From: Convolutriloba macropyga
Lineage: Eukaryota
NCBI RefSeq assembly: GCF_964194025.1
Contig: NC_134472.1
Coordinates: 14,942,001 to 15,006,000, forward strand
Direction: 5' to 3'
DNA length: 64,000 nucleotides
Part shown: in pieces, positions 1-12,800 of the stretch
Layout: each line of letters starts with the position of its first letter
Position numbering within the stretch: the first letter of the stretch is position 1
Program-made: the position numbers and the translations under genes
Notes under the pieces: model-generated
Told to the model about the DNA's origin: nothing
Database searches by the model: none
The model's input: the letters and a program-made list of their open reading frames with translations, nothing else

Positions 1-979
1 GGTAGTCGGATTGTCCCAAAATGTATATCAGCCTGAGAGGATCATTAGGTGTACCTGACATTAAAATTTCATAAGCGTCCGCTCAATATAACTCCCACAT
101 TTGCATGGCACCAAGTTCTGCTACCCCCTTATCTTTGTCACTTCAAAATAGCATATTTGTTTGCTTCAAATTGAATTTCCAATTCTGTTCAAAGAATCTA
201 GTTCACTTCAAATTTTCGCTCCCTAGTTTACTTAAATCACTCACTTCGACTTTGGCCTGATGCACAAATACAACTTTGCTAATTCAACTAAATATATCGA
301 CAGCTCAATATGCGTTTGTTGATTAATTTGTTTGTTTAAGATATATCACTCAAAGCACCTCTCTGGCTCCTTCGAACCAATAACCTTTAATAACAGAAAG
401 CTAAACTCAAATACCTATCTTAATTTAAATAACTTGACCTAAATTATAGAACTTACTCTCCCTCTCTCATGTCGTTTTACAAAAATCAAGGACTACTACA
501 GCATTTAGTGAAATTTTGGAGTTCCATAGCCAATTGATGAGTTCTGTTAAAAAACGTGACTTGTTTACAAAAAATGTCTCAATTTTTTTCATATAAAATT
601 CGTGTGCCTAGTGTGAATTAAGAATGACTTTTAAACTGACTGCATTTTGCAAAAAATTGACTTTCGTTTTTTTATTGGAGTCTATATAGTACTTTTGTTT
701 TTTTTTTACTTCCTTCTCTGCTCCCCCACGCCACGCTTACAATTCCCGTCCCAAACCCTCACGCAGGCACAAGCTAGCCGCCTCGTACCAAAACCCCCAA
801 CCCTCCCCCAAACTAACTGTCTTATCACATATATATTTATTCAGTCCTGAAGATATTTAAGGTCGCCCATAACGTACACGTTATGTTAAAAATAAGAATG
901 CAAAAGTTTTTGTGTTGAATTTACGATGGATCAATATCCGTATGGGTTTTTTAACCAATGACTTTTTTATTGTCATTGC

Positions 980-1709
980 TCAATTAAGCGCTAAAATATG
1001 TAACATTTACGCTGAAAAGTAGTGTATCTAGGATCACTCTTAGAGACGCCATACTTGTTAAGGATGTGCGCTTTGAAAAAACAATATTTTTTACCAGCTA
1101 CGCTTTGAAACGTCAAAGTTATGTATGATGTGCTTAGATAGGCAAAATTAATAGGAAAGCAGAATTGGGATCTCGAAATTTAGAGATAAATCGAAGATCT
1201 ACACTTACAGAAGCCAAAACTATGTATAATTCACAACTGGAAACGAGATCTTGCAGCCAATTTATAACAATGAAGTGAATAAAACTAATGTACTGGAACA
1301 CCGTGTTTTAAGAGGCGACAAGCATGCAGGACGGCAGGAAGGCGAGTCTCGCAGTCAGAGTTCTAAGCCATGAAAAAAATGCGAAAAGCAACTTTTAGAA
1401 GTGCTCAATTATTATATGATCCTAAGTCTAAAAGTGAATAATGTAAGATTTATGCTTAGAAAACCAATATTATACTAGATTTACACTTATAAAAGCAAAA
1501 TGACTTAAAATTTAGTCTCAGAAACGCAAAATTATGCAACGCAAAATTGTACGATCTACGCTTAGAAACGCAAATTTACGTAAGATCTACGCACAGAATT
1601 GGCCATACCTTCTGTTTGACGCCTCAAGAGTAGATCTTACTTAAATACATTGATTTCTCGGCCAATCTCACATAATTTTGGGTTCTTGGCGTTGACACCT
1701 CGGCCCGGA
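980..1709. repeat. Degenerate repeat element with AGATCTACGCTTAGAAACGCAAA-like subrepeats
   Basis: Recurrent agatctac/gcttagaaac motifs. The right end acctcggcccgga resembles the CCCRGGTYGAGGT TIR. The left boundary is uncertain. Confidence 0.4.
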
Positions 1710-1963
1710 TTTCAGAAAATGTCTCCCGTAGTTTTATTTTTATTGTTTAAAATATCTGGTGTTCCAAACATTTATCTTAAATATAAAAACATAACCAAAA
1801 TATTGTTTTTTAGGGGGGGGGGGGGGGGAGGGGATTATTATAAAAAAACAAAAATTAAGGCAAATGGAGGTTACTCGGTTCATTATCGTTCATCAATGAG
1901 TATAATTCGCGTTTAAGCCAAGTTGTGCGTTTTCAATTGTTTACTTTTTTTATTTGGTCATAG

Positions 1964-2749
1964 GTATTGTTCATCACAAACAATTCATTAAAATCCCGCA
2001 GTCAATACGCGGAGAAGTTCAGGAAACTCGGCTTCGGCCCTGTAAATCCTGCAAATATTGTTACATCTGGCTCTTCGGCTGCGTATTATGCATACAAACT
2101 CATGAACCAAAAAGCTGACCAATCGAAAACCACCGTTTTCTACGTAGGCATGCCAGCTTTAGGCGAAGAACTTACAAAAATGGGTATGAAATCGATCGGA
2201 GCTTCTGATGTTGACTTGCCAAGCATGATAGCTGATTGGCAGTTTTTCAAGAAGGATCCATCAGTTGGCTGTGTTATAGTGGGAGCCGATTTGTTCTTTA
2301 ACTACGCAAAAGCGACAGCCGCTGCTTGCTATCTTGTGCGTGATGATGTCGATTTCATTGGAACTAGCATAGATACAAGACTTCCCACTTCGAATCCTGA
2401 AATTGTAAACTGTGGAACCGGTTCTATCATCAAAATGGTGGAATCCGGCTCAGGTCGCGATGCAACATACGTTGGCAAACCAGAACCCAACATGTGGGAA
2501 CATGTTGAGTATGAATTTAGAGGTACAAATATTGACCTATCACGAACAATTCTGGTTGGCGATACTTTGTCCACTGATATCCTGTTTGCAAACTCAGCAA
2601 AACCGAATCCAATTGCAAGTTTATTGGTTGAAACTGGTAATCATAAACTGTACCACGTTGAAGAAGTTGTATCTCGTGGGGATTCTAAATCTGTACCGAG
2701 TTTTGTATCCAAGTCTTTAAATGACGCACTGATTCCGGTCTGTAAATAA
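1964..2749 (+). CDS. Terminal coding exon of a HAD-superfamily IIA phosphatase (phosphoglycolate/pyridoxal-phosphate phosphatase, NagD-like)
   Basis: Motif II (VLFITNNS), cap-domain CGTGS, motif III GKP and motif IV VGDTLSTDILFA are present. A pyrimidine tract and TAG acceptor at 1961-1963 directly precede the frame. The N-terminal DxD motif is absent, so its exon is presumably upstream of the window. Confidence 0.88.
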   Translation, partial: VLFITNNSLKSRSQYAEKFRKLGFGPVNPANIVTSGSSAAYYAYKLMNQKADQSKTTVFYVGMPALGEELTKMGMKSIGASDVDLPSMIADWQFFKKDPSVGCVIVGADLFFNYAKATAAACYLVRDDVDFIGTSIDTRLPTSNPEIVNCGTGSIIKMVESGSGRDATYVGKPEPNMWEHVEYEFRGTNIDLSRTILVGDTLSTDILFANSAKPNPIASLLVETGNHKLYHVEEVVSRGDSKSVPSFVSKSLNDALIPVCK

Positions 2750-3460
2750 TTTTTATTGAAAAGCTACCAATTATTGATTTAACTAGTACCTCTGAATCTT
2801 AATTATTATTTCACAGCTAAAGCTGGAACGTATAACCTTGACGGTATAACTTAACGTTTATCAAATGTCATTGCATGATAATTTAGCAATATTTTAAATC
2901 CCATTGTTTTGTGTATGCATTCATTTTAGATTTTCAGCTGTATGCAGTAGTGAGCTCAACGAACGATGCGCTGATAACTCGTTTTTTGATTAAACAATCT
3001 GAAAACAGTTTGATAAATTAGCAGTTTCGTACTGATTTTTAGAACAACAGTAACTGCCATTGTGATAATAATATAAGCAAACATTATCAGTGAGGCTTGC
3101 TTGTTTATATTAAAACACTTACATACAACCATGCCATTCTGGGGCTGAATTTGATATTAGCGGATTTTTAAAGGACATCACAGAAACGAATCTTAATTTG
3201 ATCCAACAACGTTGGCTTAAAATATATGGTACCCTAGTTTTTGTCTGTTTGGTCAGCCTTTTATAACTGAACATTGTACAATGTAGAGATAGTTTGTTAC
3301 CAGTGAAAAGGTCTTTCATAGAACTCAGTACAATTCTGAAGTGATTTATTTAAATTTTGAAAAAGAAAGTCCAAAAATTTTGTGCCTGGAGCTGGCTTTA
3401 GAGTTGTGAGAATCTTTTTGATCATTCGCGTCAATGTTAACAAGACTATTGAAAATACTA

Positions 3461-4264
3461 TCCGGTTCGAATAGTTAAGCTGTAAGAAATTGCAGGTTTC
3501 TTACAAGACGATGCCTCGCCTTGCAAGTTTTTCCTAAAAAATTGTAAGCTTTTACAAGTTAACCATTCAAATGACAAGTTCTTTCAAGCTGACTATTCGA
3601 ATTACAAGTTCTTACAAGATAACGCATCAAAATTACAATCTCTTCGAAGTTAACCTTTCGATATCCAAGGCTCTTGAAAGTTAGCCATCTAACTCCCAGT
3701 GTTCTTTAAAGTTAAAAATGTGACTTAAAACAAATGCTCATACATGAGATCTTAGAACAACAGTTGTTAAAAAAACCATTTTGCCAAAATTGAAGCAAAA
3801 AACAATAGAATGTAAACCGAGATTTAAAGGAAAATAACATAGACTCTGGAAAAGTGTATCTGAATCCATGGAAAAAGGTATAAAACGGAGGACAAAAAAT
3901 TTATGTATAAAACTCCAAGAAAGGTAAAAATTATTAGGAAAAACTTATAAAAACAGCCGAGAAGAATATAATTGTGATCTACTATTTATTAACTGAAAAA
4001 AAAGCTACTGAAAAAAACCATTTTATCTAATTAGGTTGCATTGTTTTATTTTATCCAAACTGACAAACAACTCGATTGCGTTTTCTACGGTAAATGACAT
4101 AATGAGTTGAGCTCGATTGGAACGAACTTAAAAAATACAATTTAGCAGTTCGACTTGCAAGTTATTGCAAATTAATAATTAGCTTTGCAAACTCTTGCAA
4201 GTTAATCATCTTTTGCAAGAAACTCGCAAGTTCCGAGTATTTAAATTTTCGGCCTTAACCCGGG
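3461..4264. mobile_element. Non-autonomous TIR DNA transposon (CMC/EnSpm-like), TSD TA
   Basis: ta|tccggttcga ... ttaacccggg|ta, with inverted subterminal caagttcttacaagttaac-type arrays at both ends. Confidence 0.6.
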
Positions 4265-5850
4265 TATTAGGTCAGAACATGACGTGCAAACTCACTTTAG
4301 CGTTCTTGTAAAATCTGAAATTTCGGACAGATATCGTGCACTTCCTATGCGCACGATATCTGTTTCACATAGGAAGTTTTGTTTTGTCTGATACTCTAAA
4401 AAGCGTGTAGGTTTTTTTTCTTTCATGAATAGGAAAAATTTCTGATACAGTATGCAAGTATGGAGATCTTTAGATTAAAAAAATTAACTGCTTGACTTTA
4501 TCTGCGAATAACAGACATTTTCATATAAATCTGCAACCCATAAAAGTTGTTACCGCTCTCAAGAGCAAGAAAAAAATAGGATTTCAATGAAATGTTTTCG
4601 CGGCCGAAAGTTATATTTATTTTTTGAAACAATAGTGTTCACGATTAAAAGGTCTCTGTATTGTCACCGTATACGAAATTATAACAATTAAAAATTTTTT
4701 GGATCAAAGTTGTTTTCTATCCGAAACTAGAGTTTTTAGCTTTTCTCTGGAGCCTTTGTTATAACAGAACTGGCTTATAAAATGGGCTGCAGAGAAAATT
4801 TTTTTCAAAATTAAAACTGCCTCCACTTCTTGTAAAATATGGAAATTTTAACATGCTGACCAAGCAAAAAAATAATTTCGTTATTACAGTTGTGGAATTG
4901 CTATCGGTAGTCGAAGCAATTCTGAATTTTGCCTGAACAGAGACAGACGGTCTTACAAAAGACACGAAAACAAAACAAAAAAAAACCAACTGCAAAGCAA
5001 ATGAAGCCTCAAAACCAAGGAATCAATAGCACGTACTCTATGGAGAACAAACTATTTGAAAAACTTTGGACTGATTTTGCGACATATATACTGGCACCTT
5101 GCAGCAAAGACGCATGAGCACACGTCAAAAATCCAGAGAGCAAATTTGTGAATTCGGGAGCAATATCACTCCACGTAGAAACGATATTAAACAATATCAT
5201 CTTCCAACAAGACTCAAAGCGGAGGAAAGCGACTAAAATTATGCTCTTTTTTGAGCTTTTTTCTCGCAATATAGACGTAGATGAGTTTTAGCTTGATTTG
5301 CTAGGCACGTACGTTCTAATAGCCTAAGTCAGGTAATTACAGCAAGTGTTTGCTCTGCAAATTTTGCTCTCAAATTTTTGATCAAAATTCGCACTGGGAA
5401 TCACTAAATAAAGATCGCTCATCAAAAATAGCGATTGACAGAAAGCATGTAAAATGCAGAAACACGATTAATGCAGAAACGCGGATGGAGAAACGCAATT
5501 AAAAGATAATTTTCATGTTTCGCTCTCTTTTGTTAAATAATCGTTTCATGTAAACAAAAACAAACTCTCCCTCTGAATACAAAGAATATCAGTGATGACC
5601 GGTGGCCTCGTCACAGAATTTGTGCAAACTCAGTGATCAATATAGTGATGCATAATAAAACTGTTTTGAAAAGCTGACATCGATGCTCGCTATCGAAACA
5701 AAAATTTGTTTTTGTTTTTTTTGTTTTCTGCGATTTTCACAACAGGAGTATATGGGGGGAATGGAGAAGCTGAAAAAAAATGACAATATTTGTCATAGGA
5801 ACAAACTGGAAATTTGGAATGTTTTTGATCAACGGTTAATGCGGAGTTAT

Positions 5851-6108
5851 TTAATCTTTTCGGTCCAGCTGTTTGTTGATTAGCCAAATGATATTGGGAA
5901 TAGTGTTTCTGAAGTGCCTGATAACATAGAGGATAACAATTGCGTTGATGACATTGAACAACCTCATCCACACCTGGCCAATGTTTTCCAACTGGTCCAG
6001 AAGGAGGAAGAATTTCTGAACAGACACTGCCATCTCCGAGTTTGAGAACGAAATTTCTGCAAAGTTCAACTTGACAATAGCTGCTACCAAAGAAACGTTT
6101 AAATATTC
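5851..6108 (-). pseudogene. GPCR fragment, TM7 + helix 8
   Basis: IGQVWMRLFNVINAIVILYVIRHFRN resembles a degenerate NPxxY followed by the helix-8 FR motif, then a stop. Confidence 0.55.
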
Positions 6109-6109
6109 A

Positions 6110-6650
6110 TGCTACTCGGCCGTTTGCACAAAATTCTATCAGAAACGTGCAAAGTACTGAAATTATGCAAGGTAGATGCTGAATGCGTTGAAATTTTTTT
6201 TCAGGCGCTGAATGTGCAGAATGAATTTATTTTTAGCACTTTTCACAACAATTCTCTCAAAATTTCAGCTGAATTTTCAGCACATCTCTTACATAATTTC
6301 AGCACTAACAAAAATCCTGATCTCAGTACTACAACACATTTCTTATAGAAACTCAACATAACTTATAACACATTCTTTACATAATATCACTACTTCATAA
6401 TTCTTTCATAAACTCAGCATTTAAAAAATGAGAGATTTGCTGCGCTTTCAGCCCATTCCTTACATTGTTTCAGCGCTTTTCTTACTAAAATTTGGCACAA
6501 CTTTCGACACAATCCTTGCATAAATTCAACAATGCAAAATTTCCGCAAATTTTCGGTATATATAGTTCAGTGCATATATTGCAGTACTTATATTAGTTCA
6601 GCAGTTCGGAAAAAAAGGAGAATTTTAGAGCTTTCAGCACATTCCTTCCA
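6110..6650. repeat. Interspersed repeat with ttcagcac/gcgctgaa subrepeats (similar tracts at about 10250-10500 and 40200-40760)
   Basis: Many short ttcagcac(a)ttc motifs. Non-coding. Confidence 0.45.
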
Positions 6651-7373
6651 CAAAAATATTACGTCCAACTTGATTGCTCTCTATTGCTTATAACGTTGGT
6701 CGACTTTCGCAATTCTGAAGAGCCGCTAATCATTCAGAAGTCGGCGCTGTTTTTTAATGATAATTCATATTTTTGAAAAATAGAACAATTGAAAAGTGTG
6801 GCATTTTCATCTTTGCTAACGGATGGAAGAAAAGTACACTTATTCGGTTTCATTGAATCAAAAAGTGTTGCAATATAATCCAGCTGCAAAAACTGCTTTA
6901 TCTTAAGATTTGTTAAAAATTCTTAAGTCTTTTGGAAGTTTTCGAAATTACTGAAAGTACTGAAAATTTGAACTTCGGCCAATTTTGAGTTTCCTTAAAT
7001 AAACATATCCCTGATAAAAAAGGAACACTAGACAACTATTGTAAAATGTATGAATGTTCCAGCGATCGCAGCAGTCTCTGATGGGACTTTCGCGTGTTCA
7101 ATTTATTGTCTGATCAAACTATTATTGTGCGACTAGTATCCAATACGGTGAGACTTTCGTGCGTTTGAAGGAACAGAAATATGAGCACTTTTGGTCACTT
7201 CTGATCAGATATTTCAGACCATGTATTTCCGTGGTCTGCGCTTAAATACGGCGTGAAGCGAGATCTTTTGGGACTGGACTCCTCAAAATTTGCATTCAAT
7301 TTTCAGCATTCAATTTTAAAACACAATTATGCTCATTAATAATAACTCAGATAAAACTGTAATAATTTTCTCA

Positions 7374-7667
7374 TTATGGACACATTAGATTATGAGTTTT
7401 ATAATAAAATACAGAAAAATTGATGAAGTTGAACTTGCTATTTGCGATTGTGTGCACGAACATAATCGCTACCCAGGGAAGCGAGAAGATTATGTAACAG
7501 ACACTGATGAGTCCAAAAGCATATGCCAGAGTACTGCGTCTGTTGTCAACAGCTGTTGGCGCTGACTGCAAAATTTCACGCCAAATAATTGCATTCTTAA
7601 ATTTATTAGCTCGTTGGAGAAAAGAATTTACAAAATTATTAACGGCCCTTAGCCAACAAAAATTCAA
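7374..7667 (-). pseudogene. GPCR fragment, ICL3-TM6
   Basis: RRSTLAYAFGLISVCYIIFSLPWVAIMFV: basic residues followed by a TM6-like helix with the conserved Pro. Confidence 0.6.
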
Positions 7668-10525
7668 AATGTAAACTCAGTTCGCTCTAAAGCGTTTCTC
7701 ATGAGAAAAAAATTGGTAGTGGTATATCAAATGACAAGATATTTTTGCGTCCGAGAGAAATGAAGTGATTTTCGCTGTTATATCATTTTCAAAAAATTTT
7801 CTTTCTTATGAGGAAGAAAGTAGAAGAGAGAAATCCTTTCTCATAAGAACATTTTTTCGTAAGATTACTGGTTCTTTTGAGGACGAATTTTTAATGAGAA
7901 AGAAAATACAATTTTTTGTCTTCGATTGAACTCGGGTGCCATGTGTCACACCATGTTTGAATGATTTGTTTTTTATTAAAAAATGTGTACTGTTATATCT
8001 ACTGCCAATAGCTCAAACATCTCATTAAAAAAATCCGACTAAAATTCAAGAAATTCCCTATAACAAACTGTCCAATTGCGTCACAATTAAACGGTCAGCC
8101 TGCAAGATTTGGGATTCTTTTGCGAGATACTGCAATATTTTTCCTTTACCGTAATATTTGCAAAATTCTTGCAATAAATTTTCCAATTCTTCTTCTGGCA
8201 AAAATCTTCTTGAGGCAAGATTAGCGCATTTTTGCGAACTGTTGTGTTACCTTTTCAATAAATTATTTTCGAGATCAAGGTGAATGCAAGCAAAATTAGC
8301 TCTGTTAAATTTAAATTATTTGCCACGCCAGAATCTTGCAAAAAAAGCTATTCTACCAATCTAGATGACGGGGAGCATGCTGGGGGAATCGTTTTCTCTT
8401 TTTGTGCTTCATATAATATGAATTAATTGATAAAGGAAGCTTTACCATCTTCTGTATTTGATAAAAATATTTTAACTGCTCCTCCCGTTTTTTTTTCACT
8501 TATCGCAATCAATTTTAAACTATTTTAGGTTTCGTTTTACTTTAAGAATTGAATTTCCGACTTGAGGTTTTAACTACTTGTCATTACTTGGATGGAAAAA
8601 TTATCTGAAGTTTTGCAAGAAATTGCTAAAATATGGTGAATTTCTTACAATTTTTTATTTGCAAAGAAACACATAATATTTAACTGAAACGCAGAAATAT
8701 GGCTATAGCTTTCTAGGGAAAGTGCTGCAGTCCGTAGAAAAATCATAAACTTCAGCTCACTTCCAAACTATTCTTGTTTCCACTGAGCCTCAAACTAAGC
8801 TGTACTGTTCAAAAGTGATCTCTTTATACACTATGCCAGTGGTTTCTGAAATTATTACATCTTAATTAATTGATTTAATTTTACAAAGCTGTTTTGTGAG
8901 TAAACACTTTACACATTGATACTCATTTTTTTAAATCAATTTAATTCATTATAAATTAAGGAATCAGTGCAGAACAGCGCTAGAATATGCCAAACAATTT
9001 TCATACTCGCGCTGAATTTTGACCGTAATTCTTACTATACAAACACTTTTTTCATCGTTTTAAATTGTAGACAATTAGATTTAATTTTTTTGAAAAATTA
9101 ACCGCCTTCAAGGCATTTCAAGGAAATCAGAGTCACTCTACACAATGTCAGCCCTCTCTACGCATTCATTGCAGCCTAATGAGCTGTAACACTAATAATA
9201 TCTCGACCCCGTAGCAAAGAAAATTACGTGTACCGTTAAGTGTTATCGCGGTGTCTGAATGCTCAAAATTTCAACTATCCTAAGAAACTGTAATTTAATT
9301 AGGCCCATTTGGAATCAACACTGACAAAGAATTGGTAGTTAGGTTATGTTTTCATCTTCATGAATGCATTTTTTAGAATACTCTATAATCGTCATGTTCA
9401 ACACTGCTAAAAATTTTAAGGTCTACAATAACTATTTTTAACAGTGTTGCCTATCGCATTCAGCACATTCAGCTGGTTAAATAAAAGTATTTATAGCCAA
9501 ATCAAGAAGCATATTAAATTTTTGTAATTATTTTAATTTCCAATTATGAATACAAAAACAACAATATGAAAATCTTATTGATTGAACCGCTTGAAACAGA
9601 TAAAAGCTTCATGGGTTTTGCCAATAAAATTTTTGTATAATAGCCAAAATAACCATCCCTTAAACTACTGTGCCAACGATCCCTTAAGCTGCCTCTTCTC
9701 ATTTCTTTATTCATTTTGATTTAAAATTATTTGTTTTGTTTATAATTTTTTTAGAAGAATTATATGTAGGTAACCCGGAGGTTGGTGGCAGAGTAAATCA
9801 ACGCTGAATCAGTATAGAGACACTATGTTTTTTAGGTTTGTCAGTACTCTGTTCTTGTCCCAATTTACACGGGCCAGTTTTGATTTTTGAGCAAAATCTT
9901 TTGCATGAAAAATAATATGGTCAGCTTAACTCCCGCCAATAAGGTTTTATTTATATGCGATTCGAACTTCCGCGTGGGTGCTTTTAAATTTTATTTTGAG
10001 CAGCAAGTCGTAACCACTAAGCTAAATGGGCTTTGTGGCAATTGCCTGCAAACCAGCTTATATGTAAGTAGTGTGTATACACTTCTATAGTAATTACCAG
10101 TTATAAGCTACGATAGTATGACAATACTCTGCTCAGACTGAAATATCGGGCATGAGTAATTTTCAGACTGTACAGGATAGCTTTAGCCTCGGCTAACTCC
10201 ATGATCTCAATATAATCATAAAGAAAAATAACTGCACATAAAGAAACTTAAATTATTCTGGAGATGCAATGTTTCAGAACTGAATTAAGTTTTTGCACTT
10301 GAGGTGTGCTGGATCAGCGCTGAAATGCTCTGAGACTAAAGTCCGGAGAGCCACTTTACAATGTGCTAGATATCGAATTAAGATCAAATTGAATGGTGAA
10401 AAAAATAAGAATCAGTAAAAAGCGCTACGTGCTCTGAAAAACTTTTTAAAATGTGCTTTACTTTGAGCTGAAATTTTTGATATCTAAGCTTTTTTCTTAA
10501 ATCTTGCTTGATGTCCTAATGATGC

Positions 10526-10861
10526 TCAGTCATCAATCTTACAAGACAAACAAATAAAAAATAGTAACAAGTTCATCACAAAAGTATGCTGAAACCATGC
10601 TTTTATTTTCCTTAAATTAAACCTATCTATTCGGAAAAGATTTTTAAAAAAATATGCCCGTGATGCAGTCGCCGTTTTCGGTGCTGGGTCAATTTCGAAA
10701 TCGGTTTCGCGCTCCCCAGTTTTTTCACGTTTTCTTTCCTCTTCTGGTTTTGCGGGTCGTTTTCTCAGCTGCCTAAATGTTTCCGCATAAGCCACCGAAG
10801 TGACAGTCATAGCTGATACTTTCACGAGCAGGAGCAGAATACTTCCCAAACTGAATCTCAC
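10526..10861 (-). pseudogene. GPCR fragment, TM5-ICL3
   Basis: LGSILLLLVKVSAMTVTSVAYAETFRQLRKR: a hydrophobic helix ending in Y, then a charged loop. Confidence 0.5.
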
Positions 10862-11286
10862 CAGGAAACAGTGCTGAAATTTAAATCATCTTTGTGAAAT
10901 CGACTTATATCGGAAAAGACACTGCAATTAATTGATTTCGCAATTGCCCGGTCTTTTTTGGACAATATTTGGCGGTTGAAAGACTGTGCGTCGATTTATG
11001 AGAACGTTATGGTCGATTGTTTTACTTTTAACAGACTTAAAGTGGACTTATTAAGGAAAAAATGAGAAACAACTTCCATGGTCGATAGTGTATTGTCAAC
11101 AGATATTCGGAATGAAAAGACGTGGTTCTGATCGCTACTGTAGTCCTGGACCATATAACTAAGGTAGATCCACATTGACTTTTTAACCCCTTACATAAGG
11201 TGACCTATCAACCTGGAACCGTACCTGTTATCGGTTAACTTCTCCTAAACAAGGTCAAAACCCACATAATTAAATCGCCTATGTAA

Positions 11287-11808
11287 CCCGGGTCGAGGTT
11301 TAGTAAAAAAAGTGTAAGATTAGCGGTAAATAGCGGTGAAAAAAAAACTTTTTTTTTTCACCGCAAAGCGCCGGCATCTTTTAGCGTTGAATGTAGTGAA
11401 TTTTTGCAAGATTTGCTTTTTTAGCAGTGAAAAACTGTTTTTCACCGCATTCTCCGGATTTCTTACTAAGAAACTGCCGTATACGGGTTCGAACCTCTCA
11501 CCTCCTACATGTCAACAACTTCTCATTCCGTTGCTCCATCTGTCACTTACATCAAGGATATCTCCTGTGAATTTAAGATAAGGTTTGAAATTAGTGGTGA
11601 AAAATTGTTTTCCGATAAAAAGTTTTTTTCAACGCATTCTGCTGATAGCGGTGAAAAATGTTCTTTCACCGCTTTAGCGGTGGAAATAAAATCGCCACTC
11701 AAATTTTTTTTTACCGCAATATACGCCTAGTGCGCAAATATTACACTTTTTACTCAAACTCACCGAATATCTTACATGTTTTAGCAATTTTTAGCGGTGA
11801 CACCCGGG
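11287..11808 (-). mobile_element. Non-autonomous TIR element copy A, TSD AA, containing a tRNA-like A/B box
   Basis: aa|cccgggtcgaggt ... cacccggg|aa. Internal gcggtgaaaa repeats. Homologous to 12193-12800 in inverted orientation. Confidence 0.8.
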
Positions 11809-12192
11809 AATGATTCGTGCTCAAAATTGCTGAGTTATAATCTAATATATGCAAATTTAATAAATGCAAAAATCTAATATATGCTGAGCATTAATAACTC
11901 TTAATGTTTGAACAATCTTCGAATTGAATACGGCCTTTTCTCAAAAAAAATTATTATGTGCTTTTGTTTTTTGCCTTTTGTTGCATTCAATTTATTCACA
12001 TCCCTTCGTACACCACAATTACTGGGTTTGGGCTTAAAATTGTTCCTGAGTGAGACACATGTTCTGACCAAACTAATCGCCTCAAAACTGGTTATCCGAA
12101 ATTATTCAAAAACGGTCCTTCACGCAAATAAACGGATTTCTCTACTATCCACAAAAAAGTTTCGAGTAATTGCAAAAAAAAAAAACATTCAG

Positions 12193-12800
12193 CCCAGTTC
12201 GAGGTGTCACCGCTAAAATTTGTCAAAAGATTTAAGGTTTTCAGTGAATTTGAGTAAAAAGTGTAAGATTTGCGCTCAAGACGATGAATGCGGTAAAAAA
12301 AACTTTTAGGCCGTGAAATTTTATTAACCGCTTAATTTGTGAAAGAACATTTTTCACCACTGACAGCAGAATTCGGTGAAAAAAAATCAGAGCTACGAGC
12401 AGAAATCGGTGAAAAAGGATTTTTCACCGCTACCAGCCAAATGCGGTGAAAAAAAATTCACAGGTAAACAGGCAAATCTTTCAAATATTCACCGCTAAAT
12501 TCAATCCTTATCTTAAATTCACAGGAGATGTCACTGATGTGAGTGATAGATGGCGCAACGGAATAGGAAGTGGTTGATATCAAGGAGGTGAGAGGTTCGA
12601 AACCGTGTACGGGAGTTTCTTGTTAGTAAGAAATCCGAAGAATGCGGTGAAAAAAGAATTGTCGCTAAAAACCGCAAATTTTATAAAGATTCACCGCATT
12701 CAACGCTGAAAGATGCGGGCGCTTTGCGTTGAAAGAGTTTTTTTTTCATTGCTATTCACCGCTGGTGTTACCTTATTTTTTGAACAAACCTCGACCCGGG
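12193..12800 (+). mobile_element. Non-autonomous TIR element copy B, TSD AG, containing a tRNA-like A/B box
   Basis: ag|cccagttcgaggt ... acctcgacccggg|ag. Reverse complement of copy A. Confidence 0.8.
12551..12604 (+). promoter_or_regulatory. tRNA-type RNA polymerase III internal promoter (A box + B box)
   Basis: TGGCGCAACGG (12551-12561) and GGTTCGAAACC (12594-12604) occur at tRNA-like spacing. The equivalent on the minus strand is at 11485-11538. Confidence 0.6.

Noticed and set aside
830-870. ttcagtcCTGAAGA as a Penelope-type hammerhead ribozyme core
   Set aside because: No stem II or GAAA follows, so the motif is incomplete.
2329-2720. Overlapping and antisense ORFs in the phosphatase exon (likewise those within the LINE, BEL, Gypsy and Polinton genes)
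   Set aside because: They are shadow frames of real coding sequence with no independent motifs.
12544-12616. Functional tRNA gene
   Set aside because: A and B boxes are present but the acceptor and anticodon stems do not pair.
11287-12800. Single foldback transposon
   Set aside because: Each arm has its own TIR pair and a distinct TSD.
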